From a virus, in UHGV virus genome UHGV-0044886: a DNA stretch of 27,363 nucleotides. One strand, written 5' to 3'. The notes beneath the pieces were generated by a model, which did not search any database, had not been told where the DNA came from, and was given only the letters and a program-made list of their open reading frames with translations. Below, piece after piece: positions 23,851 through 27,363 of the stretch (position 1 is the stretch's first letter; the number at the start of each line of letters is the position of its first letter). The translations under genes were made by a program, and so were the position numbers.

Positions 23851-24821
23851 ACATCCTGATCATTGGGCGAAAATTTGAAGCTATCAGTGATGTGAAAACA
23901 TATACGGAAATGTGGGCTTATAACCTGGCCTGCGCCTTTAGTGAGGCAGGGGTTACATTGCAATACCATCGTCCATATTCCCCCGGCGTCGAAAGCCCGG
24001 AGGATTATGTTGAAGCTGTGTTGACTGCTGCGACCGCATGTTCTGCGAAGGCCATTTTGGCACCAGGATTGAGGTATTTTACTACGGTGCCCAGGGAAAT
24101 AGGCGTGCAACTGCGTCGTCGATTCACTGGATGGGTAGCCCAGGTATACGACGGTTCTATGCTGGATTCGGCACCAGTCGATATTACTTTTACTGTCCGC
24201 GATGATACCTGGCGGTACCTGGATAATCCAGGCAGGTTAGAGCGTCATAATCGTTTTAACAAACATGTTGGATGGGCAGCGAATCAGGAGCTGTTCCATC
24301 TGGAAACCAAAACAGACGATGTTCTGCGTATTTTTGTAGACCATGCGGCATTTGATGTTAGTGGTTTTGATCACTCCTTAAGTATCCTTATGAACCTTCA
24401 GCGCCTGGCCGTTCCGTATGAGGCCATAACGTTGACCGATGACGGATTGGTTACCATTGATCCGGGGAATATTTCGGTAACTCCATACAGACGGACGCCG
24501 GTACCAGCAACCGAATTTGCAGCTGAATTGCGTAAGAGTGACGTTTTTATCGTTACGCATCCCGAAAGCCTTGGATTAACTGTTCTTGAGGCGGCAATGT
24601 GTGGGGCGTTGATATTAACGCCGCCAGATTGCCTTCCGCCAGATCGCCTGGCTTTGGTGAACCATATGGTTATCAAGTCGCGGATTGATTGGGATGAGGT
24701 TATTGCTCGCGTTGATCGCGTGAAAAATGCTGAAAAGGTCCAGTGTCACACCTGGTCGGCAATTGCGGAAAAGATGCTTGAGACGTTTATCACGCAGAAA
24801 CCGTCGCGCGGTAACGGATAA
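23847..24821 (+). CDS. glycosyltransferase-like protein (GT-B fold, GT4-like C-terminal motif)
   Basis: 324 aa; N-terminal MNILIIGRKF Rossmann-like start; C-terminal ...VTHPESLGLTVLEAAMCGALILTPPD resembles the GT4 E-x7-E donor-binding motif (EGFGLPVLEAMACGTPVI type). ATG overlaps the dbn stop (ATGA). Confidence 0.45.
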   Translation: MNILIIGRKFEAISDVKTYTEMWAYNLACAFSEAGVTLQYHRPYSPGVESPEDYVEAVLTAATACSAKAILAPGLRYFTTVPREIGVQLRRRFTGWVAQVYDGSMLDSAPVDITFTVRDDTWRYLDNPGRLERHNRFNKHVGWAANQELFHLETKTDDVLRIFVDHAAFDVSGFDHSLSILMNLQRLAVPYEAITLTDDGLVTIDPGNISVTPYRRTPVPATEFAAELRKSDVFIVTHPESLGLTVLEAAMCGALILTPPDCLPPDRLALVNHMVIKSRIDWDEVIARVDRVKNAEKVQCHTWSAIAEKMLETFITQKPSRGNG

Positions 24822-24842
24822 AAAATTGAACCCGTCATAACA

Positions 24843-24866
24843 GAAAAGCCCGAACGCCGGGCTTTT
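24843..24866. terminator. bidirectional intrinsic terminator (GCCCG-AACGC-CGGGC flanked by AAAA/TTTT)
   Basis: Between the convergent GT-like gene (+) and the spike gene (-). Confidence 0.55.
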
Positions 24867-24867
24867 C

Positions 24868-27323
<2,456 letters not shown>

Positions 27324-27363
27324 CTTACTGATTTAGTGTATGATGGTGTTTTTGAGGTGCTCC

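Overview
This window reads as a contiguous piece of a P1-family temperate phage-plasmid from an enterobacterial host. No database search or HMM could be run; every family assignment rests on motifs and sequence patterns read directly from the window, and the P1 gene names are from memory.

Left to right the window contains:
- two small signal-peptide ORFs in an AT-rich patch at the left edge;
- an immI-like module (C1-type operator, candidate c4 antisense RNA, icd, ant), then kilA and repL, each preceded by a copy of the 17-bp operator ATTGCTCTAATAAATTT;
- a hok/gef-family type I toxin with overlapping mok frame, which the 60-aa ORF track missed;
- a minus-strand late structural block (tube-like, sheath-like and capsid-like proteins);
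- a complete plasmid maintenance unit: parS-like site, parB, parA, nine incA iterons, repA, five incC iterons, and an oriR core with five GATC sites and DnaA boxes;
- a minus-strand operon with a PAAR-like small protein and an overlapped Rz/Rz1-like spanin pair;
- an operator-controlled uhr-hrdC(RdgC-like)-dmt operon, where the bifunctional C5/Dam methyltransferase is split by a 1-nt frameshift;
- a ~1.5 kb largely non-coding stretch with tRNA-Asn(GTT), tRNA-Thr(TGT), a short terminated transcript candidate and a family of long hairpins;
- a TerB-like gene, two tiny membrane peptides and tRNA(CAT);
- ban (DnaB-like helicase), dbn and a translationally coupled glycosyltransferase-like gene;
- a convergent baseplate/spike module on the minus strand.

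The observations most worth follow-up are the dmt frameshift, the glycosyltransferase-like gene fused to the ban operon, the repeated hairpin family and candidate small RNA around the tRNAs, the hok/gef locus, and the PAAR-like/spanin operon. I see no CRISPR array, no integrase or transposase, and no obvious known multi-gene defence system.
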